NCBI GenBank assembly: GCA_041611095.1 | Contig: JBFINP010000002.1 | Location: 59,837-123,836 of the forward strand | DNA: 64,000 nt | Reading direction: 5' to 3' | Source of the DNA: Acidimicrobiia bacterium | Lineage (GTDB): Bacteria > Actinomycetota > Acidimicrobiia > Spongiisociales > UBA5794 | Part shown: positions 36,524 through 45,143 of the stretch, in pieces | How positions within the stretch are numbered: the first letter of the stretch is position 1 | Layout of the letters: every line of letters begins with the position of its first letter | Translations under genes and position numbers: made by a program | Notes under the pieces: model-generated | Databases searched by the model: none | The model's input: the letters and a program-made list of their open reading frames with translations, nothing else | What the model was told of the DNA's origin: nothing

Positions 36524-38074
36524 TCACAGCGGTATGTTGCCGTGCTTCTTGGGAGGCATTGCCTCGCGTTTGTTACGGAGCATCTCGAGGCTTCGGATGA
36601 GCCGCGGCCGTGTTTCCCTGGGCTCGATGACGTCGTCGACGAATCCGCGTTCCGCTGCGAGGTATGGGGTGTTGAAACGCTCCTCGTACTCGTCGATGAG
36701 CTCCGTGCGCCGCGCTTCGGGGTCGTTGCTGTCGGCGATGTCGCGCCGGTGGATCACGTTCACCGCACCCTGGGCACCCATGACGGCGATCTCGGCGGTC
36801 GGCCACGCGTAGACGACGTCGGCCCGCACGGCCCGCGAGTTCATCACGACGTAGGCACCGCCATACGCCTTGCGGGTGATGACCGTCACCTTCGGCACCG
36901 TCGCTTCGGCATATGCGTAGAGGAGCTTGGCGCCGTGCCGGATGATCCCATTGTGCTCCTGGTCGACGCCGGGGAGGAATCCGGGCACGTCGACGAAGCT
37001 GATCACGGGGACGTTGAAGGCGTCGCAGAACCGAATGAACCGGGCGGCTTTGACCGACGCATCGATGTCGAGCGTGCCGGCGAGGACGCTCGGTTGGTTG
37101 GCGACGATGCCGATCGTATACCCGTCGAGGCGGGCGAATCCGACCACGATGTTGCCGGCGAAGTGCTCGTGGACTTGATAGAACTCCTCGTCGTCGACCA
37201 CGAGCTCGATGAGCTCGACCATGTCGTATGGCTGGTTGGGGGAGTCCGGGACGATCGACGTGAGATCTTCCTCCATGCGATCGGGCCGGTCGACGGGAGT
37301 GAAGAATGGGGCGACTTCCATGTTGTTGGCCGGCAAGAACGAGAGCAGATACCGGACCTCTTCTAGCGCGGTGCGACCGGTCGACGACACGAAGTGGGTG
37401 ACGCCCGATCGCCCGGCATGGGTGTTGGCGCCACCCAGCTCCTCGAACGACACCTCCTCACCCGTGACGGCCTTGATCACATCGGGTCCCGTGATGAAGA
37501 GGTGCGAAGTCTCGGCGACCTGATACACGAAGTCGGTGATCGCGGGGGAGTAGACGGCGCCTCCTGCGCAGGGCCCCATGATCACGGAGATCTGCGGGAT
37601 CACGCCGGAGGCCCGCACGTTGCGCTCGAAGATCCGACCGTAGCCGTCGAGCGACACCACGCCCTCCTGGATTCGAGCGCCGCCCGAGTCCTTGAGGCCG
37701 ATCAGCGGTGCACCGTTTTCCATCGCCAGATCCATGATCTTGCAGATCTTGTCGGCGACGACCTCGCCGAGACTGCCGCCGAAGACCGTGAAGTCCTCGG
37801 CGAAGACGAAGACGGTGCGCCCGTCGACGGTTCCCCATCCGGTGACCACTGCGTCGCCGAGGGGGCGCCGCTCCTCGATCCCGAAACCCGACGCCTGATG
37901 CCGGACGAACATGTCGACTTCCTGGAACGAGCCCTTGTCGAGCAGCAGGTCGACACGCTCTCGCGCCGTCAACTTGCCCTGGTCGTGTTGTCGATCGATG
38001 GCGCGCTGCGTCGCGGGTTCCAGGGCCTCGTGCCGTAGCCGGCGGAGCGCTTCGATGCGTTCGTCGGTGCTCAC
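36524..38074 (-). CDS. pccB: Acyl-CoA carboxylase carboxyltransferase beta subunit (propionyl-CoA carboxylase beta-like)
   Basis: 516 aa. LTARERVDLLLDKGSF, the GGSLGEVVADKI and GGARIQEG motifs, and a duplicated crotonase-like CT fold. Confidence 0.9.
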   Translation of the reverse strand: MSTDERIEALRRLRHEALEPATQRAIDRQHDQGKLTARERVDLLLDKGSFQEVDMFVRHQASGFGIEERRPLGDAVVTGWGTVDGRTVFVFAEDFTVFGGSLGEVVADKICKIMDLAMENGAPLIGLKDSGGARIQEGVVSLDGYGRIFERNVRASGVIPQISVIMGPCAGGAVYSPAITDFVYQVAETSHLFITGPDVIKAVTGEEVSFEELGGANTHAGRSGVTHFVSSTGRTALEEVRYLLSFLPANNMEVAPFFTPVDRPDRMEEDLTSIVPDSPNQPYDMVELIELVVDDEEFYQVHEHFAGNIVVGFARLDGYTIGIVANQPSVLAGTLDIDASVKAARFIRFCDAFNVPVISFVDVPGFLPGVDQEHNGIIRHGAKLLYAYAEATVPKVTVITRKAYGGAYVVMNSRAVRADVVYAWPTAEIAVMGAQGAVNVIHRRDIADSNDPEARRTELIDEYEERFNTPYLAAERGFVDDVIEPRETRPRLIRSLEMLRNKREAMPPKKHGNIPL

Positions 38075-38126
38075 AGCTCTCCCGGGGGGTAGGGTCCTCT
38101 CCTGCTCAGACTCGATCGGACCGAGG

Positions 38127-38828
38127 TTGGCTACACCTTACGCGTTCGTGACGCTCCCCACTCTCCCGTCGACCCAGGACGAGGCGCGCCGGCGCGCCGA
38201 TGAGAGCGGCGATGCCGTGCTCGTCGTCGCCGGTCGTCAAACCGCCGGCCGGGGCCGCACCGGGCGCACCTGGCTCGAAGCGCCTCGGGCCATGTACTCG
38301 TCGCTGGCGTTCCGCCCCGGGTGGCCGGTGGAGGCGCTGCCGCGGCTCACCCTGGTCGCCGGGCTTGCGGTGCGGCGCCCCCTCGTCGCGCTGCTCCGCG
38401 TCGAGGTCGGGCTGAAGTGGCCGAACGACCTGATCGTGCCGGCCGGCAAGCTCGGGGGGATCCTCACCGAGAGTCAGGGCGACATCGTGGTGATCGGTTG
38501 TGGCGTGAACCTGTGGTGGCCCGACCCGCCGGAGGGGATCGCCGCCGCGTCGTCCTCCGATCCCGGCGCGGGGCTGGCGGGAGACCTGGCGCGACGATGG
38601 GTCGAACGCCTCCTCGACGTCGCCGCAGGCGACCCGTCCGCCTGGGGGAGAGACGAATACCGCAGCGCGTGTGCGACGCTGGGTACCCGGGTCGAGTGGG
38701 ATGGCGGCGGTCCGGCCACTGCCGTCGACATCGACGAACGCGGAGGGCTCGTGGTGGAGACGAAGGGGGGACGGTTGACACTCACCTCGGGCGAGGTGAG
38801 GTCCCTGCGTCCGGCGAACCCTCACTGA
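38127..38828 (+). CDS. birA: Biotin-[acetyl-CoA-carboxylase] ligase, group I (no N-terminal HTH)
   Basis: TQDEARRRA...AVLVVAGRQTAGRGRTGRTWLEAP (the GRGRxG biotin-binding loop) and KWPNDL. A TTG/GTG start follows the pccB 5' end. Divergent from accA-pccB. Confidence 0.8.
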   Translation: MATPYAFVTLPTLPSTQDEARRRADESGDAVLVVAGRQTAGRGRTGRTWLEAPRAMYSSLAFRPGWPVEALPRLTLVAGLAVRRPLVALLRVEVGLKWPNDLIVPAGKLGGILTESQGDIVVIGCGVNLWWPDPPEGIAAASSSDPGAGLAGDLARRWVERLLDVAAGDPSAWGRDEYRSACATLGTRVEWDGGGPATAVDIDERGGLVVETKGGRLTLTSGEVRSLRPANPH

Positions 38829-38878
38829 CACCGCTCGCTACAGTTCCCGGCGCTACGTGATGAGGCGGAGGCGACGAT

Positions 38879-39610
38879 TTGACCGTTCTCAAAGGTGAAG
38901 GCCGGGTACCGATCCTGTTCGGATCGACGAGCGTCGCCGTAGCCTCGCGGGTGCACGGCGGCTACCTCGCCCGACCCGACCTGAGCGGCCAGTGGCCGAC
39001 GGTTCTCGTCGTCGCATCGGCCCGCGGGGTCTCCTCGAGCGTGAAAGACGTCTGCCGGCGTCTCGCCCGTCAGGGTTTCGCGACGATCGCACCGGACCTC
39101 TACGACGGGAGGCGACCGTCGCCCTCGACCTCGGACGACGATGCCCTCGCCGCCTTTGCGCAGCTCCCCGCCGGCCGGGTGGATCGCGATCTCGCCGATT
39201 TCGTGGCCTTCATCACGAACCCGGCCGGATTCTGGTCGAGCGCCGAGCACGGTCTCGGCGTGCTCGGGATCGGAAACGGGGGGAGCGCGGCGATCCGGAC
39301 CGCAGGGCGCCACGACGCCGTAGCGCTGGCGCTGGCCTACGTCGCAGTCGATGTCGACGATGCCACCCGGCTCGGTTCCTTCACCGGTGGGCTGTTGGGG
39401 ATGTACGGGCGGGCAGACGAGGTCGTGCCCGTCGATATGGTCGAACAGGTTCGGTCCGCTGCCCCCCATGCCGAGATGGTGGTCTACGCGGCGGCCGGCC
39501 ACGACTTCCTCGACGACCACAGCGACGGCTACGACCGGGAGACGGCTGTCGACGCCATCGAGCGGCTCACCGGGTTCTTCGAGAAGCGGCTGCCGCCGGC
39601 TCCGGCGTAG
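38879..39610 (+). CDS. Dienelactone hydrolase family protein
   Basis: 243 aa alpha/beta hydrolase. The layout is DLH-like, with nucleophile region GVLGIGNGGSAA and a C-terminal His (AAGHDF). Confidence 0.7.
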   Translation: MTVLKGEGRVPILFGSTSVAVASRVHGGYLARPDLSGQWPTVLVVASARGVSSSVKDVCRRLARQGFATIAPDLYDGRRPSPSTSDDDALAAFAQLPAGRVDRDLADFVAFITNPAGFWSSAEHGLGVLGIGNGGSAAIRTAGRHDAVALALAYVAVDVDDATRLGSFTGGLLGMYGRADEVVPVDMVEQVRSAAPHAEMVVYAAAGHDFLDDHSDGYDRETAVDAIERLTGFFEKRLPPAPA

Positions 39611-39619
39611 ACGACCGGA

Positions 39620-41386
39620 TCACAGCCAGAGGATCTGGACCATCACGACGGTCACGACGATGGCGATCGCTGTGATCGGTGCTCCCAGCTTTGCGTAGTC
39701 GGTGTACTCGTAGCCTCCGGGGCCGTAGACCATCATGTTGGTCTGGTAGCCCACGGGAGTGAGGAAGGACGCCGAGGCGGCGACCGCTACCGCAACGGCA
39801 AAGCCTCGCGGATCGACCCCCAACTCCAGCGCAGCCGCAAAGGCGATCGGGAACACCACGACGGCGGCGGCCGCATTGGACACCAACTCGGTGAGGAGCA
39901 GCGTCGCCAAGATGACGCCGGTCAGGACGCCGACCGTGCCGAGGGCATCCAGCCCGCCGACGAGTCCCGTGGCGAGGCGCGCGGCGAGCCCAGAGGACTC
40001 CATGGCCGCAGCCAGACCGAAGGACCCGGCGACGAGGAGCACGACGTCGAGGTCGACCGCATCGCGGGCTTGGGAGAAGGTGAGAACGCCCAGGGCGAGG
40101 ATCGCGACATCGGCGAGGAGCGCCGCGTTGAGGATGGGCATGAACCCTCCGGCGGCGAGGACGAGCATGCCGGCCGTGACGGCCAGCACGGTCAGGCGGT
40201 GCCGCGTCTCCGACATGACGGGTTGGCCCAGTGCCGACACCAGGAGGAAGTCGTGGCGATCCCGATGTCGCTCCCGGAACCCGCTGTCGGCGAGCACGAC
40301 GAGCGTGTCGGCCGGGCGCAGCGTCACCTCGCCGAGCTTGGCGTCGATGCGCTGGCCGGCGCGGTGGATGGCGATCACCGCACCCTGGTAGCGGCTACGG
40401 AACTGGGCGTCCTTCAGGGTGGTCCCGGACAGGGGTGACGACGGGCCGATCACCGCCTCGTAGAAGTTGCTGCGGACGAGGTCGAAGCCGCTGAGCTGGT
40501 CGGCGTGCGCCGACTCGAGGCCGGGCATCTCGAGCAGGTCGACGACCTCGCTCGCCTTCCCGACGAAGCGGAGCCGGTCGCCGCCCGCAAGCAGCGTCGA
40601 TGGCGTGACGGGGGCGATGACCTGGTCCCCGCGCACGATCTCGACCAAGAACACCCCGGCCAGGTGGCGCAACCCTCCGTCTTCGACGGACGCTCCATCG
40701 AGAGCGGCCCCGCGGAGCACCGCCATCTCCACGAGGAACTGCCGGAAGTCCTCGGACAACCCCTCGCGGGGCGTGCGGGTGTCGTGGAGCACTCGGGGAG
40801 CGAGGACGATGACGGCTACCACCCCGACGAGCGCCAGCGGCAGGCCTACGGGGGAGATCTCGAAGAACCCGAGCGGCTCGCCGGTGCGAGCGTCGAGCAG
40901 CCCACTGACGAGGAGGTTGGTCGAGGTCCCGATGAGCGTCACCGTCCCGCCGAGGATCGCGGCGAAAGAGATGGGCATCAGGAACCGGGACGGGGAGCGG
41001 CCGCGCCGCTGCGCCCATCCGCCGACTTCGGGCACGAGCATCGCCACGATCGGCGTGTTGTTGAGGAACGACGAGGCGGCGGCCACCCCGGGGAGGAGTC
41101 GTGCCAAGGCTCCGCGGTCAGACGATGCCGGGGCCAATGCTCCACCGAGCGGCTGCCGGAGGAGGCCGGTTCGGGTCACGGCCGCGGCCACGATGTACAG
41201 CGCCGCGATCGTCAGCGGGGCAGGGTTGGAGAAACCGGCAAACGCCTCCGGTGCCGTGATGACGCCGGTCAGCAAGAGCGCGACCGTGCCACCGAGCACC
41301 GCCACGGTGGGCGGAAGCAGCCCGCGCGCCATCGTCACGACGACCCCGAGCAGGACCACGAGCGTCAGCCATCCGTCGGCAGACAT
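39620..41386 (-). CDS. DASS/SLC13-type anion (di/tricarboxylate or sulfate) transporter with two central TrkA-C regulatory domains
   Basis: 588 aa. N- and C-terminal CitMHS/ArsB-like permease halves flank TrkA_C-like segments (VEMAVLRGAALDGASVEDGGLRH...). Confidence 0.8.
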   Translation of the reverse strand: MSADGWLTLVVLLGVVVTMARGLLPPTVAVLGGTVALLLTGVITAPEAFAGFSNPAPLTIAALYIVAAAVTRTGLLRQPLGGALAPASSDRGALARLLPGVAAASSFLNNTPIVAMLVPEVGGWAQRRGRSPSRFLMPISFAAILGGTVTLIGTSTNLLVSGLLDARTGEPLGFFEISPVGLPLALVGVVAVIVLAPRVLHDTRTPREGLSEDFRQFLVEMAVLRGAALDGASVEDGGLRHLAGVFLVEIVRGDQVIAPVTPSTLLAGGDRLRFVGKASEVVDLLEMPGLESAHADQLSGFDLVRSNFYEAVIGPSSPLSGTTLKDAQFRSRYQGAVIAIHRAGQRIDAKLGEVTLRPADTLVVLADSGFRERHRDRHDFLLVSALGQPVMSETRHRLTVLAVTAGMLVLAAGGFMPILNAALLADVAILALGVLTFSQARDAVDLDVVLLVAGSFGLAAAMESSGLAARLATGLVGGLDALGTVGVLTGVILATLLLTELVSNAAAAVVVFPIAFAAALELGVDPRGFAVAVAVAASASFLTPVGYQTNMMVYGPGGYEYTDYAKLGAPITAIAIVVTVVMVQILWL

Positions 41387-41586
41387 CGTCGTCGTCCCTC
41401 CTACGTGTCTCGTCGGGCCGGCGGCGCATCATTCGAGCGGACCGCACACGGGTCCGCACGGTCCCGGGGCACCGGCGGCTGGTCCGCGAGTGTAAGGAGC
41501 GGCGACCGAGCGGCAATGGGTCGGCCGCACCCGCGCGCCACCCGGTCCGGCTTGCACGACCTGGGGAGCCCCGCGAACCTCGCCCC

Positions 41587-42540
41587 ATGATCACCAAGGC
41601 TCTCGTCACCGGCGGTGCCGGCTTCATCGGATCGAACCTCGTCACCCGCCTGGTTGACGACGGCGCAGAAGTCCTCGTGGTCGACGATCTCAGCACGGGT
41701 CGTCTCGAGCGGCTCGCCGACGTCCGAGCCCGAGCGTCCCACATGGTCCACATCCACCAGATGGACATCCGCAAGCCGGAGCTGAGCGACATCGCCGATC
41801 GGTTCGAGCCGGAGATCGTGTTCCACATGGCGGCGCAGATCGACGCTCGCGCCTCGGTCGTGGATCCGGTCAACGATGCGTCGATCAACCTCGTCGGCGG
41901 CGTCAACGTCATGCGGGCCGCCGTCGAGGCGGGAGCTCGCCGCTTCGTCTTCGCCTCCTCGGGTGGCGCCAGCTTCGGCGAAACCGATGTGCTCCCCACC
42001 CCGGAGTCGGAGGAGCGCCGGCCCGAGTCGCCCTACGGCGTCGCCAAGAAGGTGACCGACGACTACCTCGGCTACTTCTCACGTACCCACGGGCTCGAGT
42101 ACGTGTCGCTCGGTTTCGCCAACGTCTACGGACCCTGGCAGGACCCCCACGGTGAGGCAGGAGTCGTGGCCATCTTCAGCCAGATACTGCTGGCCGGCGA
42201 GGTGCCCACCATCTTCGGGGACGGCACCATCACGCGGGACTTCGTCTATGTGGACGACGTGGTGGAGTCGTGCTTGCGTGCCGCCGAGCTCGGCGGCGAT
42301 GTGTACGTCAACGTCGGAACGGGGCAGGAGACGTCGATCAACGATCTGTACGCGATGATCGCCAAGGCGGTGGGGTCGGAGAGCGCCCCCGAGTACGGGC
42401 CGGCGAAGTCGGGTGACGTGCCGCGCTCGTGCCTCGATTCGACCAAGGCACGCAAGGTGCTCGGGTGGCAGCCCTACGTGCCGCTCGAAGAGGGTATTGC
42501 GCGAACCGTGGACTGGTTTCGCCACCATCCCGGTTTCTGA
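41587..42540 (+). CDS. galE: UDP-glucose 4-epimerase-like NAD-dependent epimerase
   Basis: ALVTGGAGFIGSNL Rossmann, YGVAKK catalytic YxxxK, 317 aa. Confidence 0.85.
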   Translation: MITKALVTGGAGFIGSNLVTRLVDDGAEVLVVDDLSTGRLERLADVRARASHMVHIHQMDIRKPELSDIADRFEPEIVFHMAAQIDARASVVDPVNDASINLVGGVNVMRAAVEAGARRFVFASSGGASFGETDVLPTPESEERRPESPYGVAKKVTDDYLGYFSRTHGLEYVSLGFANVYGPWQDPHGEAGVVAIFSQILLAGEVPTIFGDGTITRDFVYVDDVVESCLRAAELGGDVYVNVGTGQETSINDLYAMIAKAVGSESAPEYGPAKSGDVPRSCLDSTKARKVLGWQPYVPLEEGIARTVDWFRHHPGF

Positions 42541-42549
42541 CGGCGGGCT

Positions 42550-43446
42550 TCAGGTCAGACCTTCGAGCTCGTCGAGGGTCTGTGGCCAATCGTCTTTCAA
42601 GAGGCGGCTCAACGATCGGTCAGCCAGTACCTTGCCCTCGGTCTGGCACCCGGGGCAGTAGTTGGTCTCCCGGGACGCGTAGACGATCCGCTGCACGGGT
42701 GCACCACAGACGGGGCACGGCTGGCCGTACTTGCCGTGGACCGCCATGCGGGGGTGGAATGCCGTCACCTTCTTGGGGAAGCCGTCACCCGTGTCCTCGA
42801 TCCGGATCCGCGTCCACTCGTCGAGGAGAGAGGTCGTCGCCTCGTAGAGGGCGGTCAGCTCGGTCTCGTCGAGGTTCGTGTTCATCTGGAGGGGCGACAG
42901 CTTGGCGCGGTGCATGATCTCATCGGCGAATGCCCCGCCGATCCCCGAGATATAACGGGCGTCGGTCAGGGCGCGTTTGAGCGTGTGACGCTCCGCGGTC
43001 AGGGCTGCGACGAACTCGTCCCGCGTGCTTGCGGCCACCTCGATGCCGCCAGGGTCGAGGGCGGCAACACCCTCGTCCCCGCGCACGACGTGGAGCGAGG
43101 CGCGACGCTTGGTCCCCGCCTCGGTCAAGGTGAGGGTTCCTGTCGAGAAGTCGAACGCGGCGAGTCCATACTTGCGTTGGAGCGCCTTCCCCTTCTCGTC
43201 GAACCAGTGGAGCCTGCCGGCAACCATGAGGTGCAACACGAGGAACATGTCGTCCTCGAGCCCGAACACGATGCGTTTGCCGAGCCGGCGCAACCCCTCG
43301 ACCCGCTTCCCGTGGACTTCGTCGATGGGCGGATCGAACGTGCGGAGCAGTGAGAATGACTGGAGGCGGACCTTCTCCAGGACCTCGCCGTACACGCGGG
43401 GGCGGAGGGCGGCCAGGTACGCCTCGATCTCGGGCAGCTCAGGCAT
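42550..43446 (-). CDS. Formamidopyrimidine-DNA glycosylase / endonuclease VIII family (Fpg/Nei)
   Basis: Begins MPELPEIE (catalytic Pro2/Glu3), has a central H2TH, and a C-terminal zinc finger CPVCGAPV...CPGCQ. Confidence 0.85.
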   Translation of the reverse strand: MPELPEIEAYLAALRPRVYGEVLEKVRLQSFSLLRTFDPPIDEVHGKRVEGLRRLGKRIVFGLEDDMFLVLHLMVAGRLHWFDEKGKALQRKYGLAAFDFSTGTLTLTEAGTKRRASLHVVRGDEGVAALDPGGIEVAASTRDEFVAALTAERHTLKRALTDARYISGIGGAFADEIMHRAKLSPLQMNTNLDETELTALYEATTSLLDEWTRIRIEDTGDGFPKKVTAFHPRMAVHGKYGQPCPVCGAPVQRIVYASRETNYCPGCQTEGKVLADRSLSRLLKDDWPQTLDELEGLT

Positions 43447-43455
43447 CGAGATCGC

Positions 43456-44175
43456 TCACCGGAACATGTCCTCGCCGGCCGGGCGCACGAGATCCGTCGC
43501 CCGGCCGTCCCCGGGCGTCCAATCCAGACCGCGCACAATGGCGACCGGGATGCCCGTGGCCTTGCCCAGCACGAGGTCGGCGGCAGCTGCGATCTCGTCG
43601 ACGATGGCGACCTCCGTCACGTCGAGCACCCTGCCGGCCGTGTCGGTCGTCCCCCTGAGGTCGAGGATCGGATCGATCCCCGAGACGCCGATCGCGACGT
43701 CGGTGAGACCACGCCGCCAGGGGCGTCCAAAGGTATCGGTGACCACGACGGCCAGCGGCACACCGGTCGTGCGCTCGAGTCGGAGCCTGATGCGATGCGC
43801 GGACGCATCGGGGTCGATCGGCAGCATCACCGCATGGCCGGCGGCCACGTTCGAGCGGTCGACACCGGCGTTGGCGCAGATGAATCCGTGGCGGGTGATG
43901 GCGATGATCATGTCGCCCCGCCGCCGCACCACGGAAGCGGCCTCTGCGGCGCTGAGCTCGCGATAGGACGCCTCGTCGGGGATCGCCGCGATCCGGCCTT
44001 CGGCCTTCGAGACGATCTTGTGGGTCACGACGACCACGTCGCCGGCACGGAGCTCCAGCTCGGCGGTCTGGAGCGCCCCGAGGATGACCGCGGCGATATC
44101 GTCGCCAGGACCCACCTCTCCTATGCCTCGTAACGGGATGAGCCACACGCCGTCCTGTTCGTCCCTCGCCGTCAT
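43456..44175 (-). CDS. cofE: Coenzyme F420-0:L-glutamate ligase
   Basis: GDDIAAVILGAL...GDVVVVTHKIVSKAEGR and the overall 239-aa CofE fold. Overlaps cofD by 4 nt. Confidence 0.8.
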   Translation of the reverse strand: MTARDEQDGVWLIPLRGIGEVGPGDDIAAVILGALQTAELELRAGDVVVVTHKIVSKAEGRIAAIPDEASYRELSAAEAASVVRRRGDMIIAITRHGFICANAGVDRSNVAAGHAVMLPIDPDASAHRIRLRLERTTGVPLAVVVTDTFGRPWRRGLTDVAIGVSGIDPILDLRGTTDTAGRVLDVTEVAIVDEIAAAADLVLGKATGIPVAIVRGLDWTPGDGRATDLVRPAGEDMFR

Positions 44176-45107
44176 GGCTGCCCGCCGCCGGCGATGTCGA
44201 GGAGCGTCGCCGCAAGGGCCGACCCGGCCGCCGCGTCGCCGATGCGAGTGTCTGCGACGTGGATGCGGACGTCGTCGGCGAGGCGCGCCGCGTCGTCCCG
44301 ATCCCCGACATCCACGACGAGGTCGGTGAGAAGCCCCTCGTAGGCGGCGAGCACGCCCTCGTTTCCGGGAGGCAGGCCCTGTGATACAAGGAGCCGATCG
44401 GCCGGGCCCCGGAGCGGCTTGCCGCCGAACAACGGACTCACTGCGACGACGTTGTGGTGCTCCTCGACGGCGCGGCGGATGCCGGCGACTGCGAGGATCG
44501 GCCAGATGGACAAGACCGGGTTGCTGGGTGCGATCACGACGACATCGGCGCCGGCGATCGCATCCACGACGCCCGGTGCGGGGCGTGCCGCCATCGCACC
44601 CTCGAAGACGACCGCTCGCACGTCATCTTCGTGGCGGCGGTGGACGAAGTACTCCTGGAAGGGAATCCATGACCGATCGGCGATCTGCAGCCAGGTCCGC
44701 AGCGGCTCGTCGGTCGCAGGGAGAAGGCGCGGGGCCACGCCGAGCCGGCCTGTCAGTTCTGCGGTTGTAGCCGACAGCGGCTCGCCTTGCCCGAGGCGTG
44801 CGCTTCGGTGCAGACAGTGGGCCAGGTCGCGATCGCCCAGCCGGAACGTCGTGTCGACGCCGATCGCATCGAGATGCTCCATCACGGTGAAGGTGTCTCC
44901 CGCCAGCCCCCAACCGTGAGGGCCCTCCTGGCCGACGAGTGTGTACGTGACCGTGTCGAGATCGGGACACACGCGAACGCCGTAGACGTCGTCGTCATCT
45001 GCGACGTTCACGACGATGGCCAGCGATTGCCCTACGACCTGCGCCTGCAATCCGCGAGCCATCCGGGCACCACCGACTCCCCCGCTGAGCAGTGTGACCG
45101 AGAGATT
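44172..45107 (-). CDS. cofD: 2-phospho-L-lactate transferase (the 5' end is approximate)
   Basis: VTLLSGGVGGARMARGL (CofD N-terminal signature), 2-phospho-L-lactate transferase family. No ATG/GTG/TTG lies adjacent to the conserved N-terminus. The upstream 85 codons of the listed ORF are antisense to the next gene. Confidence 0.75.
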   Translation of the reverse strand, partial: NLSVTLLSGGVGGARMARGLQAQVVGQSLAIVVNVADDDDVYGVRVCPDLDTVTYTLVGQEGPHGWGLAGDTFTVMEHLDAIGVDTTFRLGDRDLAHCLHRSARLGQGEPLSATTAELTGRLGVAPRLLPATDEPLRTWLQIADRSWIPFQEYFVHRRHEDDVRAVVFEGAMAARPAPGVVDAIAGADVVVIAPSNPVLSIWPILAVAGIRRAVEEHHNVVAVSPLFGGKPLRGPADRLLVSQGLPPGNEGVLAAYEGLLTDLVVDVGDRDDAARLADDVRIHVADTRIGDAAAGSALAATLLDIAGGGQP

Positions 45108-45143
45108 GCGGTTTTCGCGACGTGCTTCCAGAATGGCGCCTCC

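Noticed and set aside
41387-41586. Short inverted repeats (CGGACC-GCACACG-GGTCCG) in the galE / DASS-transporter divergent promoter region
   Set aside because: The stems are 6 bp or less and imperfect. They are not distinguishable from chance in 70 % GC DNA.
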